DNA of 64,000 nucleotides from Novakomyces olei (taxonomy: Eukaryota). The translations under genes were made by a program, and so were the position numbers. Positions within the stretch are counted from its first letter, which is position 1. Each line of letters starts with the position of its first letter. The notes beneath the pieces are model-generated. The model saw nothing but the letters and a program-made list of their open reading frames with translations. It ran no database searches and was not told the DNA's origin. Positions 52,278 to 64,000 of the stretch are shown here, piece after piece. The DNA lies in contig JADEYG010000012.1 in the NCBI GenBank assembly GCA_016906335.1, forward strand, positions 1,240,001 through 1,304,000, in the 5' to 3' direction.

Positions 52278-53286
52278 TAATCAATCATAATCATATCCGT
52301 TACTTAACGTATGGAGTACGTAATATATTAATTTCAGCATGGACAGACTGCTTTATAGGTTATTGATGGTAGGGTTAATGTAATATATTGTCAATTCGCG
52401 GAGACTGAATATGGTCGGGTGAAATAAACTTTAACAAATCCATCTCATTTTTCAATTAAGCAGGGTTTAGTGTATTTTTTATATACTCTACGAATCAATA
52501 ACCGTGCAAACAACACCAAAAATAAGGGAAAAAAATTTGGTACAAAGACGCGCATTTCGGGAATAAGGCCCCGGTTGCGTATAGTGAGTGCTATTGTACT
52601 GCAGAGTTTCACGCTCTTTTTCTCTTTCACTCTTCAGTGGAGTGTCGGAGAGGCTTTTATCGTACATATTAGCGACTGATCCTTTGTCGCAGTACTCAAA
52701 AGGCGTTCGGCACCTGACGATCGCGCTTCGAAATCAACAAGTACAGAGGCTGTTGTTGCCAAGTAGTCTTGCACGAGCGTGTCTGAACAGAACTGGTTTT
52801 AAAAAGGATCAAGGCCATAAACTTGCGAGAAACGCTTAAAGCATTGAAAGGAACTTTTCTTTTCGACCTTCTCTTGTCTTTCGCGTCGTCTGTTTTGACA
52901 TTCTCCTAACAAGCATTACAGTTCATTATTTTTTTCTGGGCCTTGGACGGCAGATAGCTTGAAGATATCTGTTTGCTCCAATTTGAATTCCAGTTTCTAT
53001 TTCTATTTCCATTTCTATTTTTTAATTTTTATTTCATTTATTATTTAACTCAAATTTTTTGTCTTTATATTCAACACTTTTGCTTCAAGTCTAGAGGCTC
53101 GTTTGAAAGAAAAGCTTGAGTCGTAAAGATCGAATTTGTCAAAGTCTAAAGCGGCACAGTGCTATCAGCTTACGTTCGGACTATACATATCTGTGTCGTG
53201 AGTTTACAATTGTATTCACGAAACTTTTCAATCTAGGCCTCCCCAATTCTTTTGAGGATTATTTTGTCTGCTCGTAGCCAAGTGCA

Positions 53287-55104
53287 ATGATGCCATCTGT
53301 TCAGGAGACAGAAACGCATTTGGCTTCGCGGCCGAACGGTACTGAACCTTTATCAAACGAAGTGATGGAAAAAATGGCTACTGCCTCTAAACCCGCTGAA
53401 GATCCAGCAGAAGAGGCTAAAGACTCTCAGAGTACAGAGAGTACGGACGTGTCTAGTAGCCGAAAACTTCGACCGGCACCTCCGCCCTCTGTTAATGTAT
53501 GGCAAATTCGAGATGCCTCTAAACCAGCTCAGACTGTGCCAGTAAACGGAATTGCGTCTGATCTTCCCAGCTTGAGCGATGCCGGAAACGCACAAAAACC
53601 TTCAAGTGCAAATTCCCGCAATAATCGTTCTCAGACGGAAAAGCCAGCAAATGCAGTTGCTGCCAGCGAAGAAGGTGCCAAAAAAGCCGTCGGGAAAAAA
53701 GATAAATGGATCCCATACAATCCAATAATCACGCATACTCCTGTCAATGAAAAGGGGCATCAGTCCCGTGCCGCAAAGGACCAGAAAGACTTTACTGGGA
53801 ACCGAGGAGGACGAAGTAACTCTTCTAGCCCTGCTTACAATTCGTCACGATCAAAACAAAATAAGTCTGGCTCTTCACGGAAGACATCAGCGTACTCTTC
53901 TTCCTCAGAATCTGTTACTCAAAACTCTTCGAACGCAGCAAACAATTCCGGATCAGACCGTCTTGGATCTGGACCTGGACCCGGATCAGCAGGGCCTTTT
54001 CCTCGGTCTTTTACGCAGAAAAAGAACCGATCTGAGCCAGCAGAGTCATATTCTGAACATGCTAGTGAGACTAAAAAACAGGATGGCAATACAGCCGACG
54101 GTAGACGGCAGGAGAGTAACTCAGGTTCTGGCAGCTGGTCAAAGTCGCCAGAGAGTCTACCAAAATCGACGAGAAATGGTTACGCAAAGCCTTCTGCTCG
54201 ACAAAAATCTACAGAGGGCCATACAGCTGGAAATTATATTAGTAATTATAGCAATAATTACAATAATTACAATAATTCCTATCCGAATGGGTCAGCACCG
54301 GGCAAGGATGGCACGGATCCGTCCCGATCCTTTCAAGATCGACGGCAATTCGGGGGTTCAGGCGGCCGGGCCCAAAGGTATACGGCCCCCGGCTATCAGT
54401 CAGCCCGGTTTAACCAGCAATACTCTGTGCCAGAACCCTTTTACCCTGCTAATTATACATCTTTTCCCTTGAACGGGGCCAATTCTGCCATCTATGCGCC
54501 CTCCACGGGCATTTATCCTCCTTATGACTTGTCCGCGATGGCGGCCAGTCTTCCTGTTCAGCAGTATATACCCGCAAGTGCCATGTACGACGCGTCATCT
54601 TACCCAAGGTCGCTACTTGTCAAACAGCTCGAGTACTATTTCAGTGTGGAGAATCTGTGCAAGGATATGTTTTTGCGCCGGCACATGTGCGCGAATGGAT
54701 ATGTTTCTCTCAGGCTCCTGGCCGAGTTCAACAGAGTCAGGACTATATCTCCGGATTTTAATCTTTTACGTGAGGCTTCAATGCTCACACAGTCGTGTGA
54801 GTTTGTTCCTGCTGCCGTAAACAGCCGTGGTGAGGACGTAGTGCGGCGGCGGACAGAGTGGGAGCAATGGGTTCTGCCGGAACAGTCACGGGACCCGTCT
54901 ACTCCGCGGTCAACGGACGTTTACTACCCGGCCGCTGTTCCACAGCAGAATGCTTCTTACCTTCCTGCCGGCTACGCTGCACCGGAAGCCGGATACTTGG
55001 GCCACGACTACTCGGCCTATAGTACCGCGGAAGCAAATGATCCGGCGACCAGTCCTGTGGGTAACGCGGGTAATGCACAGCCACTTTTGTCTGCGGAAAA
55101 GTAG
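53287..55104 (+). CDS. La-motif RNA-binding protein (Sro9/Slf1, LARP1 family)
   Basis: N-terminal PAPPPSVNVW and KDKWIPY; La motif QLEYYFSVENLCKDMFLRRHM...GYV.L..LAEFNRVR; then RRRTEWEQWVLP. Confidence 0.92.
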   Translation: MMPSVQETETHLASRPNGTEPLSNEVMEKMATASKPAEDPAEEAKDSQSTESTDVSSSRKLRPAPPPSVNVWQIRDASKPAQTVPVNGIASDLPSLSDAGNAQKPSSANSRNNRSQTEKPANAVAASEEGAKKAVGKKDKWIPYNPIITHTPVNEKGHQSRAAKDQKDFTGNRGGRSNSSSPAYNSSRSKQNKSGSSRKTSAYSSSSESVTQNSSNAANNSGSDRLGSGPGPGSAGPFPRSFTQKKNRSEPAESYSEHASETKKQDGNTADGRRQESNSGSGSWSKSPESLPKSTRNGYAKPSARQKSTEGHTAGNYISNYSNNYNNYNNSYPNGSAPGKDGTDPSRSFQDRRQFGGSGGRAQRYTAPGYQSARFNQQYSVPEPFYPANYTSFPLNGANSAIYAPSTGIYPPYDLSAMAASLPVQQYIPASAMYDASSYPRSLLVKQLEYYFSVENLCKDMFLRRHMCANGYVSLRLLAEFNRVRTISPDFNLLREASMLTQSCEFVPAAVNSRGEDVVRRRTEWEQWVLPEQSRDPSTPRSTDVYYPAAVPQQNASYLPAGYAAPEAGYLGHDYSAYSTAEANDPATSPVGNAGNAQPLLSAEK

Positions 55105-56057
55105 GGGGCCGTGCGCTGTATTCTTCATACTTGGCATTGTTGTTTATCAATACAAAAATATTTCATTCGATTGCTTTAGAGTCTTATTTTATTTGTCACA
55201 TTGCTCGATTGCCATGATACTTTGCAATTGAGATCTCAAATTTCTCGTTTAATCTGGTTGGTTTTGTACTGAAAGTGTTTGTTTTCTTATTCTTGTTTTC
55301 GTTTTTCATAATTTTCGATAAATTTTGTGCTGATATTTCTTATGGCTCTAATTACGTTCTTTCCTAGATTCTGTACTCTAGAATGCTTAATCTTGATGAT
55401 AAGAGTCATTTCTCGCTCAGGAATAATGTTATTGAAATAAGACATTTTTTGTTTATTCAGTGGCATTAACTCCCAAAATTTCAAAATGGTTGAACAGTTT
55501 CAGGCTGTGACCAATAAACAGAAAGCCTTGATTTTAAGATTGAAAGCAATTTGTAGATCTCGAGTTTTTGCCCTTGTTCATCGCGATAGCATTGACACTC
55601 GATTTAAACTTTTTATTCTGGGGCTTTCGTGTTTTTTCTTTTTTTTTTCTTCTTTTTTTCCGTCACTTTGTGGCTGTATTTTCCACTTTTTCAAAATCTT
55701 TGGTTTCCTTTTAATGAATTTAAAAATAAGTTGAATCGGCCTAAATGATTTAAATAAAGTTATATACAATTTCAATAGAACAACGATATTTAAAAGGAAA
55801 ATAATCAAACTTTGGAGGAAATACGATGTACATTTCAATTCATGCACTGTAAATTTTAATATATTATATACATGTAGAACTGGTAGGAGATACGTACTAT
55901 TTTATTGGCTTCTTTTTTCATTTTCTCCTTCATTATTCATTTTCCACTATTTCCAACGTTTATTGTTCTTGCCTTGATACATTATTTGGTTCCGATTCAA
56001 GTTTCTGCCTACAATCATCAAAGACTACAGGCAAAATCTCCCTCTGATTTGCACCGA

Positions 56058-57633
56058 TTACTTTCCTTTCTTGCCCGGTTTCGTCTTTTTGCTCGGCCCA
56101 TTCGATCCGGCATTTTTACGTTTTTTATCGTCGCCACCTGACTTTGAAATAACGGTAAAAAATCCATCTAATCGGCCTTGTTGGGCAGTTTTAAGGTTTT
56201 TCTGTAGACGAGCAGCGCCTGATCGCACTCTGTCCTCACTGAACCCCTTTTCCTTCACTAAAAAATCAACAAGACCCTCCACATCAGGCTCCTGCCATTC
56301 TAACGTAATGTCTTCAGCATTGGAAACTTCGGCCTCGAGAAAAAGACGCTGAGCATCTCTCCAGGGCCAATCATCTGGAATTGGATGTTTACTCTTGTCA
56401 ATGTTTTCCACCACTTTTTCCAGAGACCCGTACTGCCGAATAAGCTTTAGAGCTGTATTTGGTCCGATCCCTTTGATTGGATCACAGTAGTCACAGCCAA
56501 GCAGGATACACAGATCGACAAACATGGGGAAAGACATTTCCAAGCCCCCCAAAGCCTTTTCAAGTGTAATTTCACTAATTGGCTCTTTTCGCTGTTCAGA
56601 GAAAGTGAGATGCCTCAATAAAATAGGAGCCCCAAAGCAAAGCGTGTCCATATCCTCAGAAGCAGCTGCAAAGACTTTACCTGCCTTCGCCAATGCAGCA
56701 CATTGAGCTTCTGCCTCACAGGGCGCAACGATATAAGGGATCCCCATAAGTTTCAACAGCCGCCGGCATTCTTCATTATGAACTGCAGTTACTTTAACAG
56801 TTCTTCGGGAAAATTTGTCAACCTCCTCCGCGGTTCCGGTTTCTTTTGCTTCCGTATGGGCTTTGTGAGCTTCCTGATTACGAGCAAACCGTTTGGCAAG
56901 CTATTATGTCAATTTGTAAAAATAAAACAGAATAAAATATATGTATATATATGACTTCGTCAAGAATAAAAACAACATACCTCTCCAGACTTGAGCTTTG
57001 GTGGCTTCCCGTCGAATACATAGCACGGTTTAATTCCACTGTCGACGATACGAAGCGTTCGATAAAACATGCCCATTAAATGACTTTAAGTTAGTATACA
57101 CGTAATACTCTGCCGCACCTCGTAGTTTCACCCGTATCCGACATCAACTGGGTCCCGTCTTGCTGTCGCACAGCTGAGGACAGGATTAGAACACTTGAAT
57201 ATACAAAAGATTTCATACCAACAAGAAACTGGTAAAGGCTCATTGATCTGCGTGAAAGGTGGTTTGTCAGATATAGTTGGCAAAATATAGCGCAAACAAA
57301 CGAAATAGTCATAAAACAATTCAGCGCCAATATTATTTCCCGCGAAAAGAATGCTCTCTTTTCCAGGTGAAACAATAAACCAAAACAAATCAAAACCAAA
57401 AACAATTAAAAAAAAATGGAAGTAGATATTACGCGTCCTTTTGATGTTAGCCAACCTTGAATAATCACAAAATTTGTTTACGTACAATAGCAACCTTGCG
57501 ACCAAAAAACGCCTTGATGTCATTGTTCTTGATGGCAAACCCAGCAGAGTCAGAAATGACATGCGTCAACCCTAGTTTACCGTTAAAAAATATCAAAATG
57601 TATGGTTAAAAGCAGCGTACCCTTGATGCCCAT
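56058..57633 (-). CDS. FEN1: Flap endonuclease 1, 7 exons including a 5-nt micro-exon (57433-57437)
   Basis: Assembles to MGIK|GL...[22 protein letters not shown]...[14 protein letters not shown]...[17 protein letters not shown]...[10 protein letters not shown]...SEDMD...LLGCDY, with PIP box QGRLDGFF. Confidence 0.97.
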
Positions 57634-58901
57634 AGCCGCAGGTCTCCAAGGCAAGCGGCAAAGAATTCGAGACGCGTTTAATTCAGATAGGTCGTCGTAA
57701 ATTAATCTGCACATAAGATTACGCAGTAGCTCCCCGTCGCGACTTTAGTCATTGATGCACGTAGATTCTGCCAGTAATCAGCATTATATGAAACTCGCGA
57801 GATGCAGAACCATTTTGGGACTGAAAGGCTCTTTAGTCAAATTAATCTTTTTGCTGTTGCAGCAAGGTTTGGGTCCGATTAACGTACGAAGGATGTGCGT
57901 ACGACTGATCGCAATTTCTATCAATTTTCAAGTATAGGTCTGTTTTTTATGGACTTGTATTCTACATAATTATTTCAAACACTAATTTGTTCTTAATATG
58001 CAGTAAAACGAAACGCAGTGCACGACGACAAGACTGGCCAGGACGGCCATTCACGAAAGGCACGGTCGCAATTCACTCATGTAGTATCCAAAACGAATTG
58101 AATATAATCGTGTTTTATTTAATTACCTCATAAATGCTTCCAATGGAATAACAGCAATATTTAGGCGTATATTTATGGCCGCAATTTAAAGGCACCATTT
58201 CGCTTTTAAAGGCCTCACGAAACATTGCACGCCTATTACTAACGCAAAGCAAGTATAGCTTATTTTTCAAAAGCTTACTCAAATGCCACTCTTGCCATTT
58301 ATACCGACAAGAGCGTCGATTTTGCGTGTGCCAGAACAAGCGCATCATTACAATAATGATTCATTGGCAAGAAATGAAGCATTGAAAACTTGCAGAACCT
58401 CTGACGAGTACTCAAACATCCTTGAGCAGGTTTACCGTCTCCGTGCTGAGAAGAGCGGCAAAGATTGCATTGGGATCCAAAAGCATGGTCAGGCACAGCC
58501 AAAGAATTCTCATAAACGAAGCGACACGTTTACTGGAACGCTTGCAAATAAACTGGGGCTCCTCAATTGCTTTCCGAGGAACAGGCTAAGGTACAAAGAG
58601 AGAGAGCCTTTTACTTCGATACATAAACTTTGAGGCAATTATACGAATTGAGAAAGGATGTTTGCCGTTGGAAGGATTTTAATCAGGCCTGACGAGATGC
58701 GATGAAATTAGATACGGCTTAATTATAATTCATCGAATTCCTATATTTGTCATATTAATATCTGTCATATTGCTTGCGCAGAATTTTATTAAATATTCTG
58801 TATGCATTATTTGATTAAATTTATTGGTTAGTCAAATTTATGGTTATTTTAATTAGTTGTGCCAATGAATTGTTTGAATTTTTTTTACAATAGTGTAATT
58901 A

Positions 58902-60678
<1,777 letters not shown>

Positions 60679-62881
60679 TTAGAAAGATTGATCAAACAAA
60701 GCAGATGATGAAAGATCTAAAGAAGAAGCCGAGACCAAATTGAAGAACCCAAAGTATTTCTTTTAGGCCGTTTAAATCAATCGCCTAGTGTTCAAGATGG
60801 GTGGAGAGTTTGTTGGTGGGGTTTCTCGCGTGGGATTGATTGTTAATTATTGCGATTACGGATAGTGTGAACTGTATAATCTATTGTTCCACGCACTAGA
60901 CCAAGGCTGGCTTACAAGGTTCACAAGTTTGGCGTATAAGGATGCTTGGCAATTGAGGTGGCTATACCAATTGCTCAATTTGATACTGCACGCTTTAAAA
61001 GATTTATGTAGAAAATGGTGCGAGCAATACATGTCAGAGACGGGTTTTTAGCGAAAAGACACGAGTAGTTCAGTATGGAGGAGATATCTAGAGGTGAACA
61101 TCTGACAAAGCTTCAAAATATTTGAACTAAGAGCGCTTCTAATGCCTAATCAAGCTTCTGTTTTGTTCTGTCTACATAATAAAGGGGTTTCAATAAGACA
61201 AATCGTTATTAAAAGTGAAGAGGCTGAAAAAACAAAATCATAAAGACAAAATTTGTGAAAAGAACATTTACTAAATTAACAGACTAAACATCAATATATT
61301 GGGGGCTAGCTTCATGAAAACATGGCATAATTCATAGAACAGAAAGGTCATACCATTTTCTGCCTTCTGTAAAACTTTGAGGCCCAGAATATTTGCAACT
61401 TTTCTAGGGACTGCGCAATCAGAGTAGCACGGTACTCGATAAATTTGGAAAACTATTGATAAAGCGATGCTCTACGCCAATTTCTCAAAATTATGTCGTA
61501 CGAGAGGGGTTGGATTGTTTAAGCCAACTTCATCCTTGCATGTAATAAAAAATATTTCAAAACTGTCGGCCCTATTAATGTTTAGGCGTTTTATTTACAG
61601 TCAATTTGATTTAAGGGTTTCACAAAGGTGAAATAGCGTATATCTGTTTTTTACAAATGAGATTTTCGATTTTAATAGTGTTAAATTCTGCGAATTTTGC
61701 TTATCAATATTTGATAGCCTCCAAAGTTTTCTCGACTTTTTTTTGGCCCTCCATTGCCATTATTTATTAAATTTGCGGAGCCTATGTAGATTTTGACGTT
61801 ATAAAGTGTTGGCTGCCCACTTAACCAATCCCACGTAACGGCTTACAAGCATCAGTCAGGGTGTTTGAAATTTTGCGTTCTTGCGATATTATGAATTAGG
61901 GCAAATTTACCTGATTTGATTATCCCTAACAAAATGAATGAACTTGACGAATTTCTCGGTTGGGGTCCTCAAATTTGAGTGGACTTTAGAGGACGCCGGC
62001 ACTATAGCGAACTAATTTCTATTCTTTTAGGTGGGTACACCCGGCCATTTTGCTGGAAATAAATTTGTACTTATTCGAAAGAATTAAGAAAGCAAACTAA
62101 AATAATAGAGCGCGCCATAGATTTCAAGTAACCAAATTAGGTGACATTAGTATTGCCCCCTGTTTCCTCTTAATGGGATTATTACGTAAACTCTGTTCTA
62201 TGATTGGGCTATGACTGAATTCAGTAATACCAAGCGATAAGAATAGATAGTGATAAGGATTAATTTGTTTTTGGCCCCCACTTAGTCTTCTGAAGCATTC
62301 ATTAGTGAATAATTCACATTCTGCTTTCAAAACCTAAATGGCGTAAGATAAAGCATACAATACTAAATGCTTGATACATGAATTAGACATGAGTTCTTCA
62401 TTATTCGGGAACCATCGCTGGGATTAGCCTTTGTGAGCAAGGCGATTGTCATATGTATAAATTTTAATTATTTATAATTAAATTTTTAATTGATTTGAAG
62501 AGTTTGCCGACGTAGCGCTTTATTAAAGCCGATTGGCAAGGTGAAGCTAAATTTCAAAGCCACAAGAAAGTCTAGCAAAGGCGAATAAAAGTTGCGATAC
62601 AGTGTCGGCCGAGGTCAAGTGGGGGCCAAAATAAGAGACAGTAATTATATTGCTAATAAAGCATATCAAATCTTGAATTGATCCAATTAATATCCGAATT
62701 GAAATAAAACAGGTTTTTTATTATCTTAGTTCACTGATAAGATCTTGCAAAGTAATTCCTATTAGGGTAAAGAAGTTGATCAATGGGTGGGGGGTGTTCG
62801 TACTCTAGTGCCCGAACCAGATGGCCATTATATATATATCAGGGCGTAGGTTGTATGGAAACGTATCGCGAACAACTAGTA

Positions 62882-64000
62882 ATGGCGGACGTCAAACACG
62901 AAAAGGTAGAAGAATCGCATTTAGGGTCAGGAGACGTTGAGAGCATCAATCTACCTGGCGAAAATGGCTTGTACGTGCCTCCGGCACCATACAAACTCGG
63001 CTTTCTCAAGATCCCTCATTATCGATCAACATACACGCAAGTATTTTTGGCTGGTCTAACAAACTTGCTCGCAGTTGGTATGTAGCCGTGCTGAAGATGT
63101 CCAGAAAGCTGGAGATACTCTATACGTCAAAAAAATATCAAATTTCCATTAATAAATGAAAACAACTTACTAATCTTATTAGGCATGTTTAATGTTCTTA
63201 CAGGTCTAGGAGGCGCTGGACAGCTGGATCCGACCATTGCTGATGATGCAAATATAATTCTATACGCCATATTTGCCTTTTTCTCTCTGCTTTCCGGGCC
63301 TTGTATAAACTATTTTGGACCTCGTTTAACGCTTTCCGTGGGGGCTATAGGGTATGCCCTTTATGGTGCTGCGTTTTGGTGTTATAATCATACACAAAAT
63401 CGAGGCTTTGTTCTGTTTGCTGGTGCTGCCTGCGGAGTAGGCGCTGGTCTTTTGTGGGTCGCTTGCGGAACAATTATGATGTCTTACCCCACCGAATCGC
63501 AAAAAGGACGATTTGTTTCGGCTTTTTTCTTCCTATCGTTTTTAGGTGCAGTTATCGGTGGGATAATTCCGGTTGTGCAAAACGACAGCAATAATGCGGC
63601 CGGTAGTGTGAATGACGGAACGTACACAGCCTTGACAATTCTCATGATAGTAGCCTCTGTTGTTGCTCTTCTAGTCTGCGATCCAAATCATATTATAAGA
63701 ACTGATGGCACCAAAGTTGTTATTGAAAAGCATAATACTATGCAGCAGGAAATTATGAATGTTGGCCGCAGTTTCCAACGTGAACCTCTTATTGTATGCT
63801 TTCTTCCCTTCTCGTTTGCTGCTTTGTTCTACAGCTCGTACCAGTCAAACGATTTTAATGCGTATTATTTCAATGTTGAAGCCAGGTCCGTTAATGGGCT
63901 TTTGTATGCAATCTCACAAATGCTGGGAGCTCTCATATTTGGCATTTTGCTCGACTTCAATCGAATTGGACGTCGCAGAAGAGCTATTTGCGGTTGGATT
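62882..64000 (+). CDS. UNC-93-like MFS membrane protein, intron 63078-63182, runs off the window end
   Basis: Motifs YRSTYTQVFLAG....LAVG|MFNVLTGLGGAG, CGVGAGLLWVA.GTIMMSYP.ESQKGR, VNDGTY, RTDGTKV and YQSNDFNAYYFN. Confidence 0.9.

Noticed and set aside
58283..58633. 116-aa ORF between FEN1 and the sulfatase relic
   Set aside because: No recognisable motif or splice support; cannot be distinguished from chance.
61411..61420. TGCGCAAT as a sulfur-regulator bZIP site
   Set aside because: A single short match far from both starts; not distinguishable from background.

Overview
This is a eukaryotic, intron-containing fungal genomic window, most likely an early-diverging ascomycete (Taphrinomycotina-like). 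That inference rests on RPB2 remnants resembling my recollection of Schizosaccharomyces Rpb2 and on short introns with the branch point close to the acceptor. About 25 intact genes are tightly packed. Recognisable ones are ASN1 (5'-truncated), GPH1, CPS1, NOB1, an Fsc1-like fasciclin protein, MTQ2, KRI1, LEU2, a divergent PEX8, GWT1, MDM12, URB1, UMP1, a GHITM/BI-1 protein, a La-motif protein and FEN1. The rest include a CFEM GPI protein, MFS transporters, a PQ-loop protein, a RING-H2 protein, an RTA1-like protein, a Gfo/Idh/MocA oxidoreductase, a PAN-like/GH128 secreted glucanase and a putative eIF4E-binding protein. Two pseudogenes are evident: an internally deleted mosaic of RPB2 segments (~35.1-35.9 kb) and a multiply disrupted arylsulfatase (~58.9-60.7 kb). 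Other notable signals are the many AAG 3' splice sites chosen 6-12 nt after the branch A, a GC-AG intron, a 5-nt micro-exon, an NLS-like tail on Leu2, a deviant PLP motif in Gph1, TTAGGG-type motifs in promoters and a tandem TATA-box array. I found no CRISPR array, tRNA, rRNA or intact transposon, and no clearly new multi-gene system. Gene identities come from recalled motifs and exon structures were assembled by hand; nothing was checked by database search.
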